From Candidatus Omnitrophota bacterium (GTDB lineage Bacteria > Omnitrophota > Gorgyraeia > Duberdicusellales > 4484-171): a DNA stretch of 64,000 nucleotides. The DNA is taken from positions 4,976-68,975 of the forward strand of contig JAIPGM010000009.1 in assembly GCA_021735655.1 (NCBI GenBank). The letters are read 5' to 3'. The notes beneath the pieces are model-generated. The model was not told the origin of the DNA. It did not search any database and saw only the letters and a program-made list of their open reading frames with translations. Shown one piece after another: positions 8,672 to 17,950 of the stretch (positions are counted from its first letter, which is position 1; each line of letters begins with the position of its first letter). The position numbers and the translations under genes are program-made.

Positions 8672-8914
8672 GGTGGTTTTTCAAAAAAATACTGTCTCAG
8701 GAAATCTAAATATACAAGAATAGTAAACTTTAGGGAAAGGTTTAGTAAAATAGCGGCTTGAAACCGCCCAAAGCGGCGAAGCCCAAGAACAAGGACAACT
8801 TTCGAGTGCCTGCCGGCAGCCAGGGATCGGATATTCTTAAGCACCTAAGTTTGGAAAAAGATTCGGCTCTTGCCCCGAGATCAACTTCTGATTATCCGAA
8901 ACATAAAATGCAAA

Positions 8915-9055
8915 CTATTGCATTTGTTTTACAGATGCAATAAGGGCTAAAACACCTTTGCCAATTAGCCATGCAATAGCGATAACTATAACCGCAATGA
9001 TAAATGGTTTTAGAGATCCGGTGCTTGGTTGCAATGAATCTTTCTTGTCTGCCAT
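8915..9055 (-). CDS. Unannotated 46-aa single-TM membrane peptide
   Basis: Not in the ORF track because it is under 60 aa. ATG at 9055..9053 is preceded by AAGGGGGT 7 nt upstream. Translation MADKKDSLQPSTGSLKPFIIAVIVIAIAWLIGKGVLALIASVKQMQ has one clear hydrophobic helix. It lies directly downstream of the 9077..10012 gene. Confidence 0.4.
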   Translation of the reverse strand: MADKKDSLQPSTGSLKPFIIAVIVIAIAWLIGKGVLALIASVKQMQ

Positions 9056-9076
9056 GTCTTTACCCCCTTCACTTTA

Positions 9077-10012
9077 TTACAGCTTATCGACTATCTGATA
9101 CAAAACCCCTCCGGCAATATCAGGCTTTGGAAAAACATATTTGCGCGCGGAAATTGTTATCTCAGTCTTGTTATCCGACTCCCTCCTGAGTTGAATCGCC
9201 ACCATCGCACCCTGTATATTCGCTTTAATGGCTCCGTTTGCCGCATCCTCTTTGGTTAATTTTCCAATCCGTTTTACTACCTCAAGGCTTACTTCATACA
9301 CATGTTGAAAGCTGGCATCCGTGGTTTGCTGCACACTATCCTTACCTAAAAATGTTGCCGCGATACCAACCGGCAAGGCCGCCACTCCAGACAACATAAC
9401 AAGGCCGTATATCTTAGCGGCTTTTATCCCCGCAGCCTTTACCGGTTCCACAAGGATCAAGACAGCCAGTTGTTGCGCACTAGTAATACCTTTATAGCTT
9501 TTATGAATATTAACGTCCTGCACTCGCACAGCCGGCTCCGTGCCTACTGAATAATCTTTATAAACTATTTTTCCAATGCCTAGAGTCAAGAGATCGATTC
9601 GCATCGGCATAGGCTTAGACGGCTTTGGCGCCTGCACCACCTTTAACGAATCTACATTGAGCTCTCCTTCTTTGTTCTTCATGAGCCCCATCTCATCTAA
9701 CTCAACCTCCACAAGTACCAAGTGTAATTTTTGTTTAAAAAGGGCAGCGCGGTCATAGATAACGTTTATTTTCGAGCAAGAGACAAGTATGCCCTTAGGA
9801 AACCCACTTGGATTGTATATTTTGAGCCCGGATATACGTATAGATGATTTTAAAATACTAAATGAAAAACCATCCATATGGACCGGCACTCCGGTAATGC
9901 GAGAGGCGGCAGTTGTCACCACAGATTTAATTATCGGATTTTTAAAAACTATGATAGATACTAAAAGAACTACTATTACTCCTAGCACTATAAGAAATTT
10001 CTTCATAAGCAC
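9077..10012 (-). CDS. Hypothetical membrane-anchored protein
   Basis: N-terminal TM/signal anchor (MLMKKFLIVLGVIVVLLVSIIVF). 311 aa. No catalytic motif recognised. Confidence 0.45.
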   Translation of the reverse strand: MLMKKFLIVLGVIVVLLVSIIVFKNPIIKSVVTTAASRITGVPVHMDGFSFSILKSSIRISGLKIYNPSGFPKGILVSCSKINVIYDRAALFKQKLHLVLVEVELDEMGLMKNKEGELNVDSLKVVQAPKPSKPMPMRIDLLTLGIGKIVYKDYSVGTEPAVRVQDVNIHKSYKGITSAQQLAVLILVEPVKAAGIKAAKIYGLVMLSGVAALPVGIAATFLGKDSVQQTTDASFQHVYEVSLEVVKRIGKLTKEDAANGAIKANIQGAMVAIQLRRESDNKTEITISARKYVFPKPDIAGGVLYQIVDKL

Positions 10013-10181
10013 CCCCCTATCCCGCTGATTCTATTTTCAATAGAGTCTTTCTTACTTTCGAGCTAAACCAAAAGCCCCGCCTATGCCGGCGACAAATCCG
10101 CCAATCAAAAGCCAGAGCGCCCTGTCTGTAGACGTGTCCGCGAAAAAGCGCGCTACATCGGCACTAGCCGAGAGATAGACT

Positions 10182-10643
10182 TTATTTCATGCTTAAAACA
10201 ATATGATTATTTTTTATTTCTGGCAAAATCTCGGCAAAACGCATCATCATCTCATCAGTAGACTTTAATCTAGAAACTTTCACCTTATTTTGGTTTAGCT
10301 TAACCATACAACCGGTTTCTTCTTCAATGATCTTCTCAATAGCTGCATAAGTGTAATATTTGGGATCAAATTGTACCTGTTTTAAATTTTTTATATCCAA
10401 AGAACTTCTATGAGTTCCAGGAAGGTAAATTGTTCCATTGTTGAAATCAACCGCGTAAGCAATGACACCAGGAATTATAAAAAGCAATAAGCAAAGCCCA
10501 TCCATAACTGCAACTCCCGCATCAATCCTCCCAGCCTTCTGTCCTTTGCGTTCAGGATACATAATAGTCCCACATCCTGACAACTGAACAATTAAAATAG
10601 CGTAAAACAAAACATGTAACATTTTTGATAACTTCTTAACCAT
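10182..10643 (-). CDS. Lipoprotein, hypothetical
   Basis: Signal peptide with LSGCG lipobox followed by a hydrophobic stretch. 153 aa. Confidence 0.5.
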   Translation of the reverse strand: MVKKLSKMLHVLFYAILIVQLSGCGTIMYPERKGQKAGRIDAGVAVMDGLCLLLFIIPGVIAYAVDFNNGTIYLPGTHRSSLDIKNLKQVQFDPKYYTYAAIEKIIEEETGCMVKLNQNKVKVSRLKSTDEMMMRFAEILPEIKNNHIVLSMK

Positions 10644-10694
10644 AAATCCTCCTTTACTTTTTTAACTCAACCCTGCTTTTCCTCAATAATCATT

Positions 10695-10961
10695 TTATGC
10701 ATGCCTTACAACAAGACGTGTCAAGCCAACTAAGATCACAGCGCCACCAAGTGCCACTAAAAAGGCACCAATTGAACTACTACCGGTAGATAACCCGATT
10801 TCTCTGGCTATCCATCCGCCAAGCATAGCCCCAAAAATCCCAATCACAATATCTCCGATAATTCCAAAACCCCGACCGCTGACAATCAACCCTGCCAACC
10901 ATCCAATCGCTCCACCGATAACGAGAAACCATACCCACTGTCCTATTGTGTTATGCTCCAT
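10695..10961 (-). CDS. GlsB/YeaQ/YmgE-family (transglycosylase-associated) stress membrane protein
   Basis: 88 aa. Glycine-zipper helices WVWFLVIGGAIGWLAGLIV and IVIGIFGAMLGGWIA typical of the family. Confidence 0.65.
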   Translation of the reverse strand: MEHNTIGQWVWFLVIGGAIGWLAGLIVSGRGFGIIGDIVIGIFGAMLGGWIAREIGLSTGSSSIGAFLVALGGAVILVGLTRLVVRHA

Positions 10962-11212
10962 ACCTCTTACCTCCTTTTTTTACGGTCTATTGAAAAAGGC
11001 CGCATTGTCGTCAATAAACTACAAGTCACATCCACGGATTTTTTAAACGAACGAAATTCCTTTTCTCTTTTTTATATCACACCTATTCCGTGGAGCTTTC
11101 TCACCCCCTAATAATTCCTTTAAAAAATTCTTAAGGAAATCAGTTGTCGGTGACAGCAAACATTCAATGCGTTCGTTTTAAAATAGAGTCGCATAATTCG
11201 AATAATTTTTCT

Positions 11213-13021
11213 TTAATTAAAATTTTGTATTATTGAAGCATCGCTCCAGTTATAATTTGTCTCTAAAAGCAAGATAGTCTGAATCAAAGCTAGATGCGAA
11301 TACCCCTGAGGAAAGTTACCGGTCAAACGGCCGGAACTTATTTCCACATCCTCAGAGAAAAGACTAAATTTATTCAGACAGCGTAAAATATTTTTCAGCA
11401 TTTCCCGACTGGTTTTTTCTTCTCCGATCAAATATAAAGAATTTATCATCCAAAAGGTGCAAACGATAAAGGCGTTTTCCGGCTGACCGAATTCATCCTC
11501 TGAAATGTAACGAAAAGTAAAACCGGACTTGGTTAGTTCTTGATATGTTTTTTCCACAGTCTTAATCATTTTCGGATCGCTCTTTTCCAGAAAGCCGTAA
11601 TGTAGCATCAAAAGATTAGCGGCATCTAACTCCTGAGCACCATAACACATCACAAATGACTCGCGAGCCTCATCCCAACCGTTTTCTAGTATATCTTGCT
11701 TGATCTCCGAAGCTACTTTTAACCATTTTTCGGCATTACTAGGCCTTCCAATAAAACTAGCAATCTTTGCAGCCCTATCCATAGCTACCCAACTCATAAC
11801 CTTCGAATGAACATAATGCCTTAATTCCCCCCTACGCTCCCATATTCCATTGTCCGGCTCTCGCCATTTTTTCAACACATTATTTGCTAAATCCCTAACT
11901 ACTGTCCAAATTTCTTCATCTATCGTAGCCTTTCCTCTGCGATTGGTTATAAGGTACGTATAGATAGCCTCAATGAGCTGGCCATAGATATCATTTTGCA
12001 CCTGTCTATAGGCATCGTTACCGATTCGTACAGGCTTAGAACCCTCATAGCCGGCCAGATGATCTAATATTTTCTCGGTCAATAGCCTTTCGCCATTTAT
12101 TCCGTACATAACCGATATATTCTCGTGTTTCAGTAACCTTCGGTTTAATACAAAATTCATATAGCGCTGCGCCGAACGCATATGCCCGATTCTAGTATAT
12201 AAATCTACAATCATTGAGGCATCCCTTATCCAACAATATCGATAGTCCCAGTTCCGATCCTTGCCAATTATCTCCGGCAGCGATGTTGTCGGCGCTGCAA
12301 TAACAGCCCCCGAACGCTGATAGGTAAGAAGCTTGAGGGTGATAGCTGAACGGATAAGTAAATCTTTATACTTTGAGGGAACTTTTGTTCGATATACCCA
12401 ATCCAGCCAGTAAGTCTTTGTCTTCTCGTATTCAATATATATCTTATCCGTATCGATGTCTTGTAGCTTTTCGTGATAAGAAAAAAGCAAAAAAGAAGTG
12501 CCCTTCAATTCCATGGGCTCTGAGCTCATTATTTTATTATAGTCTAAATTACTATATAAATAAAAACTTGCGTATTCACCTTTCTTGGAGGTAATCTTTA
12601 AATGATTATTTTCTAAGACAATCTCGCAATCACTAATGGCATAATTCGGCTTTGGTTTCAACTCAACGATAATTTTTGGATTACCAGAAATAAGCAAAAT
12701 ATCCCGGTGAATCTCCGGTGGACAGTAATACTCGTCTCTTAAAGTAAAAAAACGAGGCATATAATCCCTTAATTCAAAAACCCCATCTTCTGTAGTAAAA
12801 ATGGTCCGAAGGATCGGCGTGTGAACAACATAATGTTGTTCTACTTTTATTATATTCGCAGCGGATATCTTGAAATATCCTCCTTTATCTTGGTCTAGGA
12901 TTTTAGCAAATACCGATGGCGAATCAAAAAAAGGAAAACACAGCCAATCTATACTGCAATCACTAGAAATCAAAGCCGAGCTTGTGCAATTTCCGATAAT
13001 CGCATAATCGTAGTTTTTCAT
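11213..13021 (-). CDS. Glycoside hydrolase family 15 protein (glucoamylase / GH15-type trehalase-like)
   Basis: N-terminus YDYAIIGNCTSSALISSDCSIDWLCFPFFDSPSVFAKILD is typical of bacterial GH15 N-domains. 602 aa with an (alpha/alpha)6 catalytic region containing WIRDAS. Confidence 0.7.
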   Translation of the reverse strand: MKNYDYAIIGNCTSSALISSDCSIDWLCFPFFDSPSVFAKILDQDKGGYFKISAANIIKVEQHYVVHTPILRTIFTTEDGVFELRDYMPRFFTLRDEYYCPPEIHRDILLISGNPKIIVELKPKPNYAISDCEIVLENNHLKITSKKGEYASFYLYSNLDYNKIMSSEPMELKGTSFLLFSYHEKLQDIDTDKIYIEYEKTKTYWLDWVYRTKVPSKYKDLLIRSAITLKLLTYQRSGAVIAAPTTSLPEIIGKDRNWDYRYCWIRDASMIVDLYTRIGHMRSAQRYMNFVLNRRLLKHENISVMYGINGERLLTEKILDHLAGYEGSKPVRIGNDAYRQVQNDIYGQLIEAIYTYLITNRRGKATIDEEIWTVVRDLANNVLKKWREPDNGIWERRGELRHYVHSKVMSWVAMDRAAKIASFIGRPSNAEKWLKVASEIKQDILENGWDEARESFVMCYGAQELDAANLLMLHYGFLEKSDPKMIKTVEKTYQELTKSGFTFRYISEDEFGQPENAFIVCTFWMINSLYLIGEEKTSREMLKNILRCLNKFSLFSEDVEISSGRLTGNFPQGYSHLALIQTILLLETNYNWSDASIIQNFN

Positions 13022-13056
13022 TACCTCACCTTTTTAAATATCATAAAAAAAATAGA

Positions 13057-13680
13057 CTACCTTGGAATCAATAAAGATTCATCAAGTTTTATAATTAATT
13101 CAGTACCTACAGGAAGCTTTATCTCTTTTCGACCTGACAATAAAGCAGCGCTTGCACTCGAAACAACACCAATAGCAAGCCCTTTTTCAGCACCATTCTT
13201 ACCAAGAACTTCTTTTCCGACTAAACTCCCCATAACTCCGCTAGCGCCAATTATGGCTAAATCTTGCGCGGCTTTACCGGGTATTTTAATAACTTTTACG
13301 CCTTCATCAGTATCAAGGCTGGCTACAACAGGAATAATTACTCCGGAAAATAAGACTACCTGATCAAGCAATAAAAGCAAGCTTGCTTTATCGCCTAATT
13401 TTTCAAATTTTGTGGCGCTTTTGACCAAGCCTCTGATTTGTACGCCTTTAGCCAATACAACCCTATCCTTATAATTAAGATCTTCTTTTAATTTAGTAAT
13501 GAAGATATCGCCGCGTTTATTGCTATTAGAACTGAGAGGTGCCCCTAAAACAACGGTGAGGTTAACTCCTTTCTGAATCTGATATCCTTCTTGGGTTTCT
13601 TGTACCTTTTCAACTAATGGCTCACATCCTAACAAAGATAAAACCAAAACTATAGACATTAATCTAGCTAAACTTTTCAT
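13057..13680 (-). CDS. Lipoprotein, hypothetical
   Basis: Signal peptide MKSLARLMSIVLVLSLLGC (lipobox LLGC). Overlaps the upstream MFS gene by 4 nt. Confidence 0.5.
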   Translation of the reverse strand: MKSLARLMSIVLVLSLLGCEPLVEKVQETQEGYQIQKGVNLTVVLGAPLSSNSNKRGDIFITKLKEDLNYKDRVVLAKGVQIRGLVKSATKFEKLGDKASLLLLLDQVVLFSGVIIPVVASLDTDEGVKVIKIPGKAAQDLAIIGASGVMGSLVGKEVLGKNGAEKGLAIGVVSSASAALLSGRKEIKLPVGTELIIKLDESLLIPR

Positions 13681-15176
13681 TCTTTATCGCCTCCTCCGGT
13701 AACTTTTCCTATAAACTTAACTCCTCTGCTAATAAAAGAATAAGGATAAGATGCTATTTGGAATAATCCTGCCCCTGAAGAAAGACTTCTTATCGGCCTT
13801 TTAATAGCATCGATAAATTCGGCCCGAACCGCTTCATCATCTATAACACCTTCTTCCTTAACCATTGTCAACCGATGAAGGGAATACAGGCCGACAAGAA
13901 AAGCCAAAGCAAAAAAGAAATCCCAATGCTGAAAATTAAGTGCCTGGAAAATCAACTCTCTGCCAGGAGAAGACCACTTAAAAACTAAAGATAAATTACG
14001 GGCAGCAAAGAAATCAGCAAACTTACCTCCCAAAATAGGCGCTATGCCGGCAGCAAAGGAATTAACCAAAGTATTGGTAGCTAAATAGGCAGTTGCCTGA
14101 CCTTTCGGGGCAAGCTTTAATCCGATATTACCGGAAGCTATGGCTATGCCGGCGGTAGCAATGCCCATTACTATATGGATGACTACTAAAATTGGCAAAG
14201 TTAAAAAGTATTTCTCCGGCATAGTGGTAAATGTCCAAGCAAGAATGCTAAACATAAATAAAGGGCCGCTTACCGCTAAAACTGACTTATTGCTAAACCG
14301 ATCAGCCCACTTACCCCATAAAGAAAGAAAAGTAAAGTTAAATACCTGACTGACTATACTTAAAAACACTATCATCGACATACCTAAACCCAGCTTAGTC
14401 AACATATATACGGTAAAAAAAGGTGCCGCCAGGTTAACCGCAAAACTCCAAGAACCTAAAAAAAACATTAAACGCCTAAAATTTATATCCTTAAACGGCT
14501 GAGTGAGAAGTTTTAAAAAATCTGCCTTTTCCGACTGCATGGCCGGTTCAGGCGTCCGGGATAAAAAGATAACACCAACTATCCCGATAAGGAAAGCAAC
14601 CGCAAAAAGTCCGGAATAAGCATATATTTCAACATCAGGGAAACTCCTTTTCCAAAAATCAAGAAACATACTTGCCAAAATGCTGACAAAAACTCCTAAA
14701 AATGTTGCAACCCTTAATCTCTCGGAAAAAAATGTTCCCATCTGATTTTCAGGAACTAAATCCCGCATCCAAGAATTCCAGGCACAACCGCCGATGCCTC
14801 CGAAACCGGAAGAAAACAAAACCGCGACAATAAGAACTGCCAGCCCTACTGAGGGTACAAACAAAAACGGACTCAAAGCAATCAATAAAAAACCAAACCG
14901 ACCGATTAAGGCCGAATAAATCGCAACCGTTTTTCGGCTACGGATTTTTTCAATCAAAAAAATTGCCGGAATCTGAACAAACTGCATCAAGGCCGGAATT
15001 GCGGCAATAAGCCCAATTTGAAAATTTGAAGCTCCCAACTTTACGGCAATAGCAACCAGGAAAACACCACCAGTCAAAACCCCCATCAAATGGCTCATTA
15101 CACCATCGGCAACAACTGATCTTAGCCCGATTTTAAGCTCTTTTTCGCTAATTTGCTCTTGAGTTTTAAATCTCAT
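13677..15176 (-). CDS. MFS transporter
   Basis: 499 aa with about 12-14 hydrophobic segments. The composition and loop pattern are typical of the major facilitator superfamily. Confidence 0.6.
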   Translation of the reverse strand: MRFKTQEQISEKELKIGLRSVVADGVMSHLMGVLTGGVFLVAIAVKLGASNFQIGLIAAIPALMQFVQIPAIFLIEKIRSRKTVAIYSALIGRFGFLLIALSPFLFVPSVGLAVLIVAVLFSSGFGGIGGCAWNSWMRDLVPENQMGTFFSERLRVATFLGVFVSILASMFLDFWKRSFPDVEIYAYSGLFAVAFLIGIVGVIFLSRTPEPAMQSEKADFLKLLTQPFKDINFRRLMFFLGSWSFAVNLAAPFFTVYMLTKLGLGMSMIVFLSIVSQVFNFTFLSLWGKWADRFSNKSVLAVSGPLFMFSILAWTFTTMPEKYFLTLPILVVIHIVMGIATAGIAIASGNIGLKLAPKGQATAYLATNTLVNSFAAGIAPILGGKFADFFAARNLSLVFKWSSPGRELIFQALNFQHWDFFFALAFLVGLYSLHRLTMVKEEGVIDDEAVRAEFIDAIKRPIRSLSSGAGLFQIASYPYSFISRGVKFIGKVTGGGDKE

Positions 15177-15901
15177 ATTTTATTTACATTACTATATAAT
15201 TTATCTTTAATATTCTCCAGCTTACCAAAACAAATAAGTCTATCACCAAGAATTACTTTTGTACTTGCCGAAGGATTAGGAATTACCTCGTCACCTCTCT
15301 CAATAGCCAAAATATTTATACCTTCTTTACGCAAAGCTGTATCAAGCAGTGATTTATCTAATATCGAGCTGTCCTTATAAACTTCTATACTCGATACACC
15401 GTAGCCTCCGGTAGCAACTAGAAGTTCTTCAAAAGATACTGCTTTTATTATATCTCTTTTAACAATCCTGGCCCGTAAGGCCTTAGTAATCCTTTGGGTA
15501 AGCCTAGAGTGAGTAAATATACGATAGGTAAAATAAATCCCTAAGCAGACAATAACTAAATTAATCCAAGGCAGAAGGCGATAAGGAATAATTAAATCTA
15601 AAAAAGGTATTTTAAATTGTGGTAATAACATATTCGGCCGTAAAGTATTGGCAAAGGTAGCAATCATAGTAACCAGCCCGGCATTACCTAATATAATCAA
15701 AGCCGAAGCTATGCGCCGCCGCTGGGGGTTACCCACCACTAGCTCCGACTCTTTAGTAGTAAACCCAGTTCCCGAAAAACAAGATAATGCCTGAAACTTA
15801 GCCAACGACCATTCAAGACCGGTAAGCTGAAAAGCAATAGCCCCTATCCTGACTGCTACAAAAGATGCAACCACAACTACCAAAAATAACATTAAGTTCA
15901 T
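15173..15901 (-). CDS. Membrane protein with C-terminal TrkA-C (RCK_C) domain
   Basis: N-terminal hydrophobic helices. C-terminal ILAIERGDEVIPNPSASTKVILGDRLICFGKLENI matches TrkA-C. 4-nt overlap with the MFS gene. Confidence 0.5.
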   Translation of the reverse strand: MNLMLFLVVVVASFVAVRIGAIAFQLTGLEWSLAKFQALSCFSGTGFTTKESELVVGNPQRRRIASALIILGNAGLVTMIATFANTLRPNMLLPQFKIPFLDLIIPYRLLPWINLVIVCLGIYFTYRIFTHSRLTQRITKALRARIVKRDIIKAVSFEELLVATGGYGVSSIEVYKDSSILDKSLLDTALRKEGINILAIERGDEVIPNPSASTKVILGDRLICFGKLENIKDKLYSNVNKI

Positions 15902-15914
15902 GTTATCCTCCTGA

Positions 15915-16997
15915 TTAAATCCACTTCTTGCGCCGAAAATAAATAAGCATAGTTAAGGCAATTAAAATCATAATTCCCCAAGCACCAAAATAGCCGAATT
16001 TCCAGCTAAGCTCAGGCATATTCCAAGGTGATATCTTAGGATCAAAATTCATGCCGTAAATACCAGCCACGAAAGTGATCGGGATAAAAATGGTAGCAAT
16101 TATAGTCAAAACCTTCATAACCTCATTCATCTTATTACTTACGCCAGACATATATATATCAAGCATCCCGGAAACCATATCCCGATAAGTCTCGACGGTA
16201 TCGATAACTTGAATGGTATGATCATAGAGATCACGCAAAAATATACGGGTCGGTTTTGCTATCAGCTTTGATTCGCTACGTTCCAAAGCATTAACTACCT
16301 CACGCAAAGGCCAGACTGATTTGCGCAAGAAAATAATGTCCTGTTTTGAGCGATGAATCATTTGCAAAGTCTTAGGTACAGGATTAGCGATAATTTTCTC
16401 TTCCATCTCCTCTATTTTTTCACCAATCTTCTCCAATATCGAAAAATAATTATCTACCACTGAATCTAGAAGGCTATAGGCAAGGTAATCAGCGCCCATT
16501 TTTCTAATTCTACCCTTGGCCTTACGAATCCGCTCGCGGATCGGGTTAAATACGTCACCTTCTTTTTCCTGCAGAGAAATAACAAAGTTATTCCCAAAAA
16601 TTAAACTAACCTGTTCCGAAACAACTTCTTTGCTCTTCTCCTTAAACATAAACATCTTTAAAACCACAAAAATATACTTATCAAAATCTTCATACTTAGG
16701 CCTCTGGCCAGTGTTAACAATATCCTCCATAGTCAAGGGGTGCATTTCAAACCGCTCCCCTAACTTAGTAATTATTTCTGTATCGTGCAAACCGTCGATA
16801 TTCACCCAGGTAACCGTGGGGGTATCTTTGAAAGGAAAAACTTCTTCAATGCTCTTAACTTCTTTTTCTTGAAAGTTCACCGAATCATAATCAATTACCG
16901 ATATCTTCACTTTATCAATTTTTCTTTCCCCCACGTGAACTAAATCACCGGGAATATGTCCGGCAGTTTTAGATAATTTTTTTAGTAATTTAGCCAT
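15915..16997 (-). CDS. corA: CorA-family Mg2+/Co2+ transporter
   Basis: C-terminal TM pair with the YGMNF (GMN) signature. 360 aa. Confidence 0.8.
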   Translation of the reverse strand: MAKLLKKLSKTAGHIPGDLVHVGERKIDKVKISVIDYDSVNFQEKEVKSIEEVFPFKDTPTVTWVNIDGLHDTEIITKLGERFEMHPLTMEDIVNTGQRPKYEDFDKYIFVVLKMFMFKEKSKEVVSEQVSLIFGNNFVISLQEKEGDVFNPIRERIRKAKGRIRKMGADYLAYSLLDSVVDNYFSILEKIGEKIEEMEEKIIANPVPKTLQMIHRSKQDIIFLRKSVWPLREVVNALERSESKLIAKPTRIFLRDLYDHTIQVIDTVETYRDMVSGMLDIYMSGVSNKMNEVMKVLTIIATIFIPITFVAGIYGMNFDPKISPWNMPELSWKFGYFGAWGIMILIALTMLIYFRRKKWI

Positions 16998-17021
16998 AAG
17001 TCCCTCCCAAAAATTTAATCT

Positions 17022-17711
17022 TCAGTTACGCCTTATTCCGACCATAATAAACAAATCACCCCTGTGATCACAGCAAGGACACATTCGGCCTAAACCTTTT
17101 AATCTTAGTTTTTGGCCATTCTTCGTACCTGGATTTATCTTTAAAGTAATCGCTCTACCATCAGTCATTTTAAACTTTACTTCACCACCGCGATTAGCGA
17201 TATTTACCGGAACATTTAAATTAGCGAGGGTGTCGGTATCAACCTTCTGAAAAGAACCGGCATTATTAAAGTCATACGTTGTATATTTACCACCAGCATG
17301 ACTGCCGGCTGAATGCACATCTTTAAAAATATCAGCTAAATCATCAAAAAAGAAATACTGACTGCTACTTCTTCCTGGCCTTGATTTCTTAGCGCCGATA
17401 TCCTGGAAATGTTTCATTAAATCATCAAAATCAAATCCAGTCTGAGAAGCAAAATCCCCGGAGCCAGGGCCGCTCCTGAACGTATAGGTCCCTTTTTTAT
17501 AATCATCATATTCTTTGCGTTTTTTAAGGTCTCCGAGAACATAATAAGCGGCAGCGACATCCTTAAACTTTTCTTCGCATTCTTTCTTCTTCTCTTCCGG
17601 GCAACGGTCAGGATGATACTTAAAAGCAAGCTTTCGGTATGCCGATTTTATCTCTCCCTGGCTGGCCCGCCGATTAACTCCCAAAATTGTGTAGTAATCT
17701 TTGGTATTCAT
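17022..17711 (-). CDS. J-domain (DnaJ-like) protein with atypical C-terminal region
   Basis: [32 protein letters not shown], with the HPD motif. No canonical CxxCxGxG zinc-finger repeats. Confidence 0.7.
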   Translation of the reverse strand: MNTKDYYTILGVNRRASQGEIKSAYRKLAFKYHPDRCPEEKKKECEEKFKDVAAAYYVLGDLKKRKEYDDYKKGTYTFRSGPGSGDFASQTGFDFDDLMKHFQDIGAKKSRPGRSSSQYFFFDDLADIFKDVHSAGSHAGGKYTTYDFNNAGSFQKVDTDTLANLNVPVNIANRGGEVKFKMTDGRAITLKINPGTKNGQKLRLKGLGRMCPCCDHRGDLFIMVGIRRN

Positions 17712-17721
17712 TAGCTATATT

Positions 17722-17922
17722 CTAAGTTTTCCGATTGGAAGATCTTCTTCCGATAAAGAAACCCAGGGAAAAACCGATGACTATGACTAGCGGCAACAAG
17801 ATAATCCGTGACATGCTTAATTTCCAGAATAAAAATCTCAAAGTAACTACTTGCGTATTCTGCAGTAAAATAATTAATAATAAACACCCTAGCACTAATA
17901 GTATTATCCTCTTTAGTTTCAT
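17722..17922 (-). CDS. Small membrane protein (LapA/DUF1049-like)
   Basis: 66 aa, two hydrophobic helices, basic C-terminus. Confidence 0.4.
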   Translation of the reverse strand: MKLKRIILLVLGCLLLIILLQNTQVVTLRFLFWKLSMSRIILLPLVIVIGFSLGFFIGRRSSNRKT

Positions 17923-17950
17923 TATTGCTACCTCCTTAATAATGGCGATT

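Noticed and set aside
8758-9189. Plus-strand ORFs 8758..8943 and 9004..9189
   Set aside because: They overlap the Fur promoter region, the better-supported minus-strand 46-aa peptide and the 9077..10012 gene. They have no RBS.
17417-17629. Minus-strand 70-aa ORF inside the DnaJ-domain gene in another frame
   Set aside because: It is an out-of-frame overlap with a gene that has a canonical J-domain. The lysine/arginine-rich translation is typical of a frame artefact.
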